A stretch of DNA of 62,851 bases, counting the filler. It is 10 parts of 10 records of this genome, joined end to end, with 100 filler letters (N's around TTAATTAATTAA, not from the genome) between each part and the next. Parts side by side here need not be neighbours in the genome. Positions count along the whole stretch, not along the records: positions 14,082 to 20,371 come from SRR31156797_127047; positions 20,472 to 25,912 come from SRR31156797_127403; positions 26,013 to 31,331 come from SRR31156797_127561; 7 more parts are not named here. One strand, written 5' to 3'. The notes under the pieces were generated by a model. It saw only the letters and a list, made by a program, of their open reading frames with translations, had not been told where the DNA came from and made no database searches. Positions 20,085-28,142 of the stretch are shown here, in pieces. Every line of letters begins with the position of its first letter. Within the stretch, counting starts at the first letter, position 1. The translations under genes and the position numbers were made by a program.

Positions 20085-20224
20085 ACCGGAACGGGAGACA
20101 TTTGTCTTCAAAGGCATACAGTGAAGAATCGTCCAATTTTAGACACTATCAAAGAGGGAGATGGTGTGCCGGAAGTGTTTATATTTTCAGTGAGAACGAA
20201 ACGAATTTTAAGAGGGGGATTAAA

Positions 20225-20371
20225 ATGCAGCAAGATGTTCTAACCGGCAGTGAACTCAGAAAAGACAAGATTGGCATAGCATTCGGCAACTTTGGCTACA
20301 ACCTCGGCGCGGCCGTACTCATGACATATCTTACATTCTTCCTGACAGATAACATGCTGATATCTGCGGCA
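20225..20371 (+). CDS. Glycoside-pentoside-hexuronide (MelB-like) MFS transporter, N-terminal fragment
   Basis: KIGIAFGNFGYNL...MTYLTFFLTDNMLISAA, typical of a GPH N-terminus; GAGGGGG RBS. Confidence 0.75.
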
Positions 20372-20472
20372 NNNNNNNNNNNNNNNNNNNNNNNNNNNNN
20401 NNNNNNNNNNNNNNNTTAATTAATTAANNNNNNNNNNNNNNNNNNNNNNNNNNNNNNNNNNNNNNNNNNNNG

Positions 20473-20925
20473 GTGGCCATTCTGGATGCGGACAAGGAAG
20501 GTTTTCTAAGGTCCGAAAGGTCCCTCATCCAGACCTGCGGCCGGGCATCCAGAAACGTAAACGGCCGCGTGATCCTCTATGCCGACCACATGACCGGATC
20601 CATGAAACGGGCCATGGATGAAAGCAATAGGCGACGACTGCTTCAACTTCATTACAACCGCACCCGCGGCCTCACACCCGAGACCATTCAAAAAGACATC
20701 GGCTCTATCCTGGGCTCCCCCTATGAAGCGGATTACGTGACGGTTCCCATGGCCGCGGAAGAAGAGGCGTCTTATCTGTCTCCGGACCGGGTGGAAGAGG
20801 TCATTTTGGAATTAAAGGATAAAATGCGTGAGGCGGCAAAAAATCTGTCCTTTGAAGAAGCCGCCGTATTTCGTGACCGCATTAAGGAGCTGGAGCGGCA
20901 GGAGCTGGAAGTGCTGGAGGGGTAA
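20473..20925 (+). CDS. uvrB: Excinuclease ABC subunit B, C-terminal fragment
   Basis: VAILDADKEGFLRSERSLIQTCGRASRN and the UVR domain MREAAKNLSFEEAAVFRDRI. Confidence 0.96.
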   Translation: MAILDADKEGFLRSERSLIQTCGRASRNVNGRVILYADHMTGSMKRAMDESNRRRLLQLHYNRTRGLTPETIQKDIGSILGSPYEADYVTVPMAAEEEASYLSPDRVEEVILELKDKMREAAKNLSFEEAAVFRDRIKELERQELEVLEG

Positions 20926-21731
20926 TGGCCGGACACGGAAAAGGCAGCCGACAAAAAACCCGGAAACCGAGAGGGGAAACGGACCGGCAGGAGAGGGATC
21001 GTTTCATCCCCGGATTTCACGCGGTCCGGGAAACACTCGTCCGGGAAAAAAGCCCCTTGCGGGAAATCTGGATCACTGAGGGAAAACGGTCTGCCCGGGC
21101 AGAAGAAATTCTCAGGCTTGCAAACGCCGGGAACATCCCTGTTTACTTCAAAAAAAAGTCGGAAATATCCGATATTTTTCAGAATATGGCCCATCAAGGC
21201 ATTGTGGGGGTCACGAAAGCCTTTGCCTATGCCGACCTGCATCAGGTGCTACGCCGTTCCCTTCAGGAAGGCCCGTCGGCCCTTCTGCTGGCGGCGGACC
21301 ACATCACCGACCCGGGAAACCTGGGGGCGCTCATCCGAACCGCGGCCTTTTTTGGCGTCCATGGTCTCATCCTGCCCAAAGACCGGTCGGCCGCCATCAC
21401 CGCAGCCACATTTAAGCGCGCCTCGGGAACGCACCATCAGCTTCCCATCGCCCGGGTCACCAACCTGGGACGAACCCTGGATGAACTGTCCAAAAACGGC
21501 TTCTGGATCATCGGAGCAGCCGGTGAGGCGGGCTTGTCCATCTACGATTTTGACTGGGACCGCCCGGTACTCCTGGTCCTCGGGAGTGAGCAGAAAGGGA
21601 TCGGCCCATCCATCCGCAAAAGATGCCACCAACTGGTGGGCATCCCGTCCCCCTGTGGGGTGGAATCCCTCAACATATCCGTTGCCGGGGGTGTCATCCT
21701 ATCGGAGATATGCCGGCAGAGAGAATCATAG
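20925..21731 (+). CDS. rlmB: 23S rRNA G2251 2'-O-methyltransferase
   Basis: HQGIV, ITDPGNLGALIRTA, LGSEQKG and ESLNISVA SpoU motifs. Confidence 0.92.
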   Translation: MAGHGKGSRQKTRKPRGETDRQERDRFIPGFHAVRETLVREKSPLREIWITEGKRSARAEEILRLANAGNIPVYFKKKSEISDIFQNMAHQGIVGVTKAFAYADLHQVLRRSLQEGPSALLLAADHITDPGNLGALIRTAAFFGVHGLILPKDRSAAITAATFKRASGTHHQLPIARVTNLGRTLDELSKNGFWIIGAAGEAGLSIYDFDWDRPVLLVLGSEQKGIGPSIRKRCHQLVGIPSPCGVESLNISVAGGVILSEICRQRES

Positions 21732-21844
21732 CCCTACCCGCGAAGACCTCTCCTTTGACAAAAAAATCCACCGATGTCTTCTAAAAGATCTCACGGAAAA
21801 GATTCCGCCTCACCTATTTTGAAGTAGACTTCATCCTTAGAGAC

Positions 21845-22459
21845 ATGACAAAGTATTGTTTGATGTGTTGGCTTTTTAACCATTTTGCCATGACAATCGA
21901 AATCGAATCCACTGATGCCGGCATTGCAGCGGACTATTACCAGCGAAACGGCCTTGGGAGAATTATCGACCGGCAAGAAGTATTGGATATCCTCGAAACG
22001 GCCAATGAAGCCGGCCTGGTGCTCCAGCCCGGCAATACCCGGGAACTCATCAATATCTGCTGCTGTTGCGGCTGTTGCTGTCAAGTGCTGAAAGTTTATA
22101 AACGTCGGGAAAAGCCCGCAAGCATGGCTGCCGCGGCTTTCATGGCAACGGCCGATCCCGATACCTGCGCTGCCTGCGAAACCTGCGTGGATCGGTGCCA
22201 GATGGAAACGCTCCGGCTGGAAAACGATCATGTGGTTCTTGATAAGGATCGATGCATCGGCTGCGGCCTTTGTGTAACCACTTGCCCCATTGAATCGATA
22301 AGCCTGGTCCGGAAGCCTGAATCCGAACAGGTTCTGGTCCCCAAGGACATGGAGAAGGCGGCCATTCAATTGGGGAAGGCCCGGGGCAAACTGGGGCCCG
22401 GCAAACTGATCTCCATGCTTTTGAAATCCAAGGTAGACAGGCTCTTTGCCGCCGGATAA
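21845..22459 (+). CDS. 4Fe-4S binding protein, probably 5'-truncated
   Basis: ICCCCGCCC cluster plus two ferredoxin motifs (CAACETCVDRC, CIGCGLCVTTCP). The N-terminus looks non-homologous before AADYY. Confidence 0.7.
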   Translation: MTKYCLMCWLFNHFAMTIEIESTDAGIAADYYQRNGLGRIIDRQEVLDILETANEAGLVLQPGNTRELINICCCCGCCCQVLKVYKRREKPASMAAAAFMATADPDTCAACETCVDRCQMETLRLENDHVVLDKDRCIGCGLCVTTCPIESISLVRKPESEQVLVPKDMEKAAIQLGKARGKLGPGKLISMLLKSKVDRLFAAG

Positions 22460-22765
22460 TTCATCACAAAACGTATCCGATTCCAGGTATCCTATTCAAA
22501 TTCCCTGGTAGATTCAGCAAAAAACAGATCGTCCTTTCACAGCGCCCTCACATACAATTTTAGCAGCATTCCTTCAATGGGTTGCTTAATCAAAGAGATC
22601 TTCCCTTCACATCAAAATTGGATCAAGCTCTGAGAAAATAAGAGACCCTAATTTTAAACAGTTACAGTAGGGGGTGATCTTCGTAACCGCCATAGGTGGG
22701 TCCCGTGGCAACCGGCGGTGGCAAATATTTTCCCGTAAATCCATAAAGGTACGCACTGGATATCT

Positions 22766-23476
22766 CTAGGAGATCCCTAGGTAGATTTCTTTGACATAAG
22801 GGTTGTTGCGCATTTCCCCGTCAGACCCCTCCATCCGTATTCGTCCGTTCTCAAGGAGCATAAGGCGTGAAACGATATCCATGGCCATATGAACGTCCTG
22901 TTCGGCCAGGAGAATTGTCACACCTTCCTTTTTTATTTTCAGGATGCTCTTGGAAATACTCTCTTTTACCAAAAGGGCAAGGCCCACGGACGGCTCGTCA
23001 AGCATGAGGAGTTGGGGTGATGACATGATTGCCCTGGCAATGGCGAGCATCTGTTTCTCGCCTCCGCTCAGTGTGTGAGCCAACTGCCCTGAACGAGTCT
23101 TTAATACCGGGAAAAGGGAAAAGGCCTTATCAAGATCCCTTGCAACATCCTTTGCATCATCCCTGCCGTAGGCGCCAAGATCCATATTCCGACGGACCGT
23201 CAGTTCAGGAAACAACCCACACCCTTCGGGACAAAGGTTCACCCCGAACCTTGCCACTTCAAAGGCTCTTTTTCGGGAGATATCCATTCCCTTGAAGCGG
23301 ATGGAGCCTGAACAGGCATTGAGACCCGCCACGGCACGTAGAAGAGACGTCTTTCCAGCACCGTTTGGCCCTATGACCCCGACGGCCTCTCCATCCTCAA
23401 CGGCAAAGGTAATGTCCTGAATCCCCATGGCCTTGCCATAGGAAATAGAGACTCTATCCACCTCAAGTATTGACAA
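22766..23476 (-). CDS. livF: Branched-chain amino acid-type ABC ATPase
   Basis: GPNGAGKT, LSGGEKQMLAIARA and LMLDEPSVGLA motifs. Confidence 0.92.
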   Translation of the reverse strand: MSILEVDRVSISYGKAMGIQDITFAVEDGEAVGVIGPNGAGKTSLLRAVAGLNACSGSIRFKGMDISRKRAFEVARFGVNLCPEGCGLFPELTVRRNMDLGAYGRDDAKDVARDLDKAFSLFPVLKTRSGQLAHTLSGGEKQMLAIARAIMSSPQLLMLDEPSVGLALLVKESISKSILKIKKEGVTILLAEQDVHMAMDIVSRLMLLENGRIRMEGSDGEMRNNPYVKEIYLGIS

Positions 23477-24242
23477 TATTTCGGCCGCTCCTTCCCAGGT
23501 AAGCTTTTATTACCTTATCATTTTCAACGACATCGGCTGGGGTTCCTTCTGCGATCAACGTCCCGAAGTTCAGGACCAAAATACGCTCGGCAAGTGCCAT
23601 GAGCACTTTCAGCTTGTGCTCAATGAGAAAAATAGAGCATCCTCCTGCGTGAAGCTCCATGATGAGCTGGGCGAGCCCCTCCATCTCCTTGTGACTCAGG
23701 CCGGAAAACGGCTCGTCCAAGAGAAGGATATCAGGCGCTGTTGCCAGGGCCCTTGCAATCTCAAGCCGGCGAAGATCTCCCTGCGGAAGAACCCCCACAT
23801 CATCACTACGCCGCCCCTGAAGTGACACTCTCTCAAGACATGCGGACACCACTTCCTCCGGCGTTGCCACGATTTTATTTCTAATGCGGGACCGATGAGA
23901 GAGCGCCGCCACCAATACATTTTCACATACCGTCATCCCGTGGAACGGTCGAGCTATCTGGAAAGATCGGGCAATGCCCATATCCACCACCATGTGTGCC
24001 TTCATGCCTTTGAGTTCATGATCCTGATAAAGGATCCTCCCTGACGACGCCTTTATGAAACCTGTGACGACATTAAAGAGCGTTGTTTTCCCCGCCCCGT
24101 TGGGGCCGATGACACCCAGGATTTCCCCGGGGCGCAGGCTGAACGAGACACCCGAAAGCGCGGTCAAGCCCCCGAATCGCTTTGTGACCTTTTCAAGGGT
24201 CAACTTATGTGGCCTTGAAGGCATGGTTCCGATCAACCTCAT
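23463..24242 (-). CDS. livG: Branched-chain amino acid-type ABC ATPase
   Basis: KRFGGL, GPNGAGKTT, RSFQI, LLDEP and VIKAYLG motifs. Confidence 0.92.
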   Translation of the reverse strand: MRLIGTMPSRPHKLTLEKVTKRFGGLTALSGVSFSLRPGEILGVIGPNGAGKTTLFNVVTGFIKASSGRILYQDHELKGMKAHMVVDMGIARSFQIARPFHGMTVCENVLVAALSHRSRIRNKIVATPEEVVSACLERVSLQGRRSDDVGVLPQGDLRRLEIARALATAPDILLLDEPFSGLSHKEMEGLAQLIMELHAGGCSIFLIEHKLKVLMALAERILVLNFGTLIAEGTPADVVENDKVIKAYLGRSGRNIVNT

Positions 24243-25204
24243 CCCTCCCCTTTTCTCGAAGGAAGATATTCAAAGAGAGTTGCAAAAATACCTCTTGGGA
24301 GAAACAGGACTATTATCACGACCAGTCCGGTATACACGAGAATCCTCAGGTCCCCTATGCTTCTTAAAAACTCGTTTGATACCGTGAGTAGATAGGCCCC
24401 GAGGACCGGACCTATAATGGTCCCCAGCCCTCCCGCCATGCACATGATAATAACGTTGATGGACATCATCATCGTCAAGTAAGATGGCCCTGTATACATC
24501 TGGTAGTGTGCATAAAAGGCACCTCCCATACCCGCAAAGAAAGCACTGACCATAAAGGCGACGAGTTTGTATCGATTTGTGTTGATCCCCGAGGCCTCCG
24601 AGGCAATCTCGTCACTGTGAATTGAACGAAGAATCACTCCCTTATTTGAATAGCCTATGCCCATAAGAGTGATAATCGTGATTCCCAGAAGCAACAGTGA
24701 AAGGTAGTAATCCGAGATAGGACCGTCAGTGATTGGGGAGAGACCGTAAAGCCCCTCCTCTCCCCCGGTCTGCCGGGGAAAGATCATGACCATTCTTTCT
24801 GCGATCCCGGCTGCAGCCATTGTGGCCAGTGCGAGATAAGGGCCTTTTAAAGGAAGGCATGGTATGCCGATAAGGGCGCCGAAAAAGACGCCTATCATGC
24901 CGCCCAGAAAGAGGTTCGCAACGGGATGCACTCCCAGGAGGAGATTGAGGTACGCCGCGCCATAGGCCCCGGCCCCGATAAAGAGGGCATGGCCGAAGTT
25001 TTCTTTTCCCGTATAACCGGAAAGGATATCCCAGCTCCCTGAAAAGATTGCATAGATGTTTGCAAGCACAAGGATGTCGATAATATAGGGGTTATCTGTG
25101 AAAAGGGGAATGAGGCTCAGGGTCATGAGAAACAGAACCGTCACGTAATATGGCGGGGTTCCGAGAATGGATTTAAAAATGCGCGATACGGTTTTTTCCA
25201 TCAT
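24239..25204 (-). CDS. livM: Branched-chain amino acid-type ABC permease
   Basis: SWDILSGYTG..NFGHALF.G.GAY, GPYLALAT, TGGEEG and GGLGTIIGP motifs; start set at MMEK (25204). Confidence 0.9.
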   Translation of the reverse strand: MMEKTVSRIFKSILGTPPYYVTVLFLMTLSLIPLFTDNPYIIDILVLANIYAIFSGSWDILSGYTGKENFGHALFIGAGAYGAAYLNLLLGVHPVANLFLGGMIGVFFGALIGIPCLPLKGPYLALATMAAAGIAERMVMIFPRQTGGEEGLYGLSPITDGPISDYYLSLLLLGITIITLMGIGYSNKGVILRSIHSDEIASEASGINTNRYKLVAFMVSAFFAGMGGAFYAHYQMYTGPSYLTMMMSINVIIMCMAGGLGTIIGPVLGAYLLTVSNEFLRSIGDLRILVYTGLVVIIVLFLPRGIFATLFEYLPSRKGEG

Positions 25205-25208
25205 TCCC

Positions 25209-25910
25209 CTATACCTTGAAGCTTTTCCCGAACAGGCCTGTGGGTTTATAGACAAGGACCAAAAAAATGGCAATAAGCGGGACCAAGTCGGTTATGTCGG
25301 CAGAGATAAGGAACGCCACAATGGTCTCCAAATACCCGATGATGACGGCCGCGAGGATACTTCCCCCGAGACTCCCCAACCCTCCCAGTATCACAATGGT
25401 AAAGGCCTTAATCATGGGCAGTATGCCCATTTTGGGATAAACCATTATAAAGGATGAAACGACGCCTCCTGCAAGGGCGGCCATGCATCCGGCAAGCCCT
25501 GCTGTTATCATGAATATCCTTCTGGTGTTGATCTTCATAAGTTGGGCCGCCTCAGGGTTCTGGGCCGTGGCAAGCAGGGCGTTTCCCGCCCTCGTACGGT
25601 TAATAACAAGCCACAGGGTCGTTATGACGGCAACGGAAATCCCCAGGGTCAGGAGCCGCTGTCCGCCGATATCCACCCCAAGTAGAGATGCTCTGCCTGA
25701 GATAAGGGGCGGAATGTTCAAGTGTCCCGGCCCGAAGACATGGTAGATGCACTGCTCAAAGAAAAGCGTAAGCGCCAGGGTCACTATCAAGACCTTGATC
25801 ATGGACTCCCGGACCCTTTCTATGATAAACCTGTCCATGAGCACACCCAGGCAAAAGGCTGCTGCCATGCCGGTCAGGATCGCCATCACCATGGGGACAT
25901 CCCATTTGAC
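25209..25910 (-). CDS. livH: Branched-chain amino acid-type ABC permease, 5' partial
   Basis: AQNPEAAQLMKIN and KAFTIVILGGLGS motifs. Confidence 0.9.
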   Translation of the reverse strand, partial: VKWDVPMVMAILTGMAAAFCLGVLMDRFIIERVRESMIKVLIVTLALTLFFEQCIYHVFGPGHLNIPPLISGRASLLGVDIGGQRLLTLGISVAVITTLWLVINRTRAGNALLATAQNPEAAQLMKINTRRIFMITAGLAGCMAALAGGVVSSFIMVYPKMGILPMIKAFTIVILGGLGSLGGSILAAVIIGYLETIVAFLISADITDLVPLIAIFLVLVYKPTGLFGKSFKV

Positions 25911-26014
25911 AGNNNNNNNNNNNNNNNNNNNNNNNNNNNNNNNNNNNNNNNNNNNNTTAATTAATTAANNNNNNNNNNNNNNNNNNNNNNNNNNNNNNNN
26001 NNNNNNNNNNNNAA

Positions 26015-26212
26015 GATAACGACAACCGCTATTACGGCTACACAGATTCTAATGAAATGTACTATATCTCAAGTGAAGGTGTCGAGAAAAAGCTTGAACT
26101 TACTGAGAAAACTTACGGTTATTATTCATACAGTCTTGATGCGGCAGTTATTGGAGATGATCTCTATGTTGCAAGAGACTGGAACGGAATAGAGAAAGTA
26201 AGTCTTAAATAA
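26015..26212 (+). CDS. C-terminal fragment of a hypothetical (possibly beta-propeller) protein
   Basis: Open frame from the contig start to TAA: DNDNRYYGY...AAVIGDDLYVARDWNGIEKVSLK, resembling an LVIVD-like last blade. Not in the ORF track. Confidence 0.55.
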   Translation, partial: DNDNRYYGYTDSNEMYYISSEGVEKKLELTEKTYGYYSYSLDAAVIGDDLYVARDWNGIEKVSLK

Positions 26213-26296
26213 TTCCCCAGTAAAAATTAACTCTTTCATTCTAACCATTATTCAATATAATATTCCTCGTTAAAGTTTTCTTTGTGTGAGGCAAAA

Positions 26297-28060
26297 ATGC
26301 GTATTTTTCTAATTGTTATGACTACTGTTTTTCTGTTTTTCTGTGCCTGTGGCGATTCTTCAAAAACGACTGAAAGCAATGATGATTCGGAGACGAGTGA
26401 TACTGAAAATATGGAAGAAGAGATTGCAGACGAAGTGGACGTTCAGGACGATAAGGACAAAAATGAAGAAACAGAAGAAACAGAAGAAAGTCCTGATGAA
26501 GATGTTGATTCTGAACCAACTCTGGAAGTTGTTACTTTTAATGAACCTGATCCAAAATATACTGAAACCCCAGTTGCTCTTATCGTAACAAACGAAGAAA
26601 TGAAGCCGATTTTTGAAGATCTTGCCGCGCTTCACAGTTTTTCGGGAATTCCCACAGTTGTTACTACAGTTGAAATAATTTGTGAAATGACCACATGTAA
26701 TGATGAAGACACTAAAAGTGATACTGCTAAGGCTGTAAAGGATTACCTTTTAGGTTTTACAGGTCTTAAATATTTTGTTATCGGTGGAGACATCGAAGTT
26801 GTTCCTTCCAGAAAAGTTTATGACGAATACACCAATGTTTTGGCTGGTTCTTTTGATGGTAATTTCCAAACAGATTTTTATTACGCTGATCTTGGAATGT
26901 GGGACCTCAACAATAATGGAATTTATGCAGAAGATGATGATAACCTTGATTATTCTGCTGAAATTGCAGTTGGAAGAATTCCAGTTTCAAACGTTGAAGA
27001 AGCTAAGAATTATCTTGATAAAGTGATCCGGCATATGACAAATTACAACCCGATGCATGTTAAGAAAAGTCTGCTACTTGCAAACGTTGCTACAGAGTTT
27101 AGCGGAATAAATATCAATGCCGGATATTACTTTGAAACTGATGGTAGGACCAGAGATCTTATTCCTCAGGACTTTCTAATCAGAAAGATCTATGCAAAGA
27201 CATTTCCAAAGCCTGCTAGTGATGCAGAGGATCTTAATAACGAAGTTCAAAAACAAGCACTTGAAGAGGGGGTTAACCTCGTTGTTCATAATGGACATGG
27301 ATACCCGACACTTCTTAGCTGCGAGCAGTCAAACGATGATAACGACTTCACTGCAACGATGGCAAATGAACTTGTAAATACAACCTATCCTATCTTTTTG
27401 AGCTGTGCCTGCCAGGCTGGACAGTTCGAAGCTCCTTTCACATACACTTATGAAAATAGTGATGGCGAAACAAAAACCAGAGAATTTACAGAAGATTCAG
27501 CTGGAGAACAGTATGTCACAGCAAAAAATGGTGGCGGTATTATCTATCTTGGAAACACGACCACAGGACTTGGAATTGCAGGTGGAAGCCAGTTTATCGA
27601 TGAGATGATGCGCTGGATGTTCAAACTTCCGACAACAGTTCTTGGAGATGCCTATCTTTTTGCTCACGAAGCATTGCAGAAAAATGATACTTTTGCTCCA
27701 CCGATCCCGGGAGTTCCTGCCGTTCCTGTTGTTGATGAGGATAGCTGGAAGTGGACAAAGAAATCTGTCGTTATGCTCGGTGATCCGCTGCTCACATTTT
27801 ACAGAGATGTTTTTCCTGTGATCGAGGGTAACATTAGCGCTACAGCAAAAAAGGTTAAGGACGGATATAGTTTAAGCATAAACATCCCTTTAGAGCTTGA
27901 AGGAGAGACCATCGGTATCTTTGCTGCAGGCAGATATTATTCACTTGTTTCAGCCACTGCTGGAGAAACTCTTCTTAACGTCGTTGGAGACCTTACCTCT
28001 ATAGATATTTCCTTTACTAGAGAAGACCATCAACTTTTCTTTCAGAAAATAGAATTTTAA
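26297..28060 (+). CDS. C25 (gingipain-family) cysteine peptidase lipoprotein
   Basis: Lipobox-like FFCAC, D/E-rich linker, YFVIGGDIEVVP, TDFYYADL, AVGRIP, HNGHG (His) and SCACQAG (Cys) dyad, MLGDP. Confidence 0.85.
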   Translation: MRIFLIVMTTVFLFFCACGDSSKTTESNDDSETSDTENMEEEIADEVDVQDDKDKNEETEETEESPDEDVDSEPTLEVVTFNEPDPKYTETPVALIVTNEEMKPIFEDLAALHSFSGIPTVVTTVEIICEMTTCNDEDTKSDTAKAVKDYLLGFTGLKYFVIGGDIEVVPSRKVYDEYTNVLAGSFDGNFQTDFYYADLGMWDLNNNGIYAEDDDNLDYSAEIAVGRIPVSNVEEAKNYLDKVIRHMTNYNPMHVKKSLLLANVATEFSGININAGYYFETDGRTRDLIPQDFLIRKIYAKTFPKPASDAEDLNNEVQKQALEEGVNLVVHNGHGYPTLLSCEQSNDDNDFTATMANELVNTTYPIFLSCACQAGQFEAPFTYTYENSDGETKTREFTEDSAGEQYVTAKNGGGIIYLGNTTTGLGIAGGSQFIDEMMRWMFKLPTTVLGDAYLFAHEALQKNDTFAPPIPGVPAVPVVDEDSWKWTKKSVVMLGDPLLTFYRDVFPVIEGNISATAKKVKDGYSLSINIPLELEGETIGIFAAGRYYSLVSATAGETLLNVVGDLTSIDISFTREDHQLFFQKIEF

Positions 28061-28072
28061 GCCCTCAAAAAA

Positions 28073-28101
28073 TTGAATATCTGACAAGTTTTCTATACTA
28101 T
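28073..28101 (+). promoter_or_regulatory. Putative sigma70 promoter for purL
   Basis: TTGAAT-N17-TACTAT upstream of an AGGAGG RBS. Confidence 0.45.
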
Positions 28102-28142
28102 CATTGAGCCTGTTTTTTATCTGTATCATTTAGGAGGAAATA

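Noticed and set aside
21755..21785. TTGACA -35 box after rlmB
   Set aside because: No convincing -10 hexamer at 16-18 nt spacing.
22667..22695. GTAGGGGGTGATCTTCGTAACCGCC, a faint GTAG-type REP resemblance
   Set aside because: Single degenerate copy with a poor stem; cannot be supported.
26380..26520. GAAGAA/GATGAA-rich quasi-repeats
   Set aside because: They only encode the acidic linker of the C25 lipoprotein and do not form an array.
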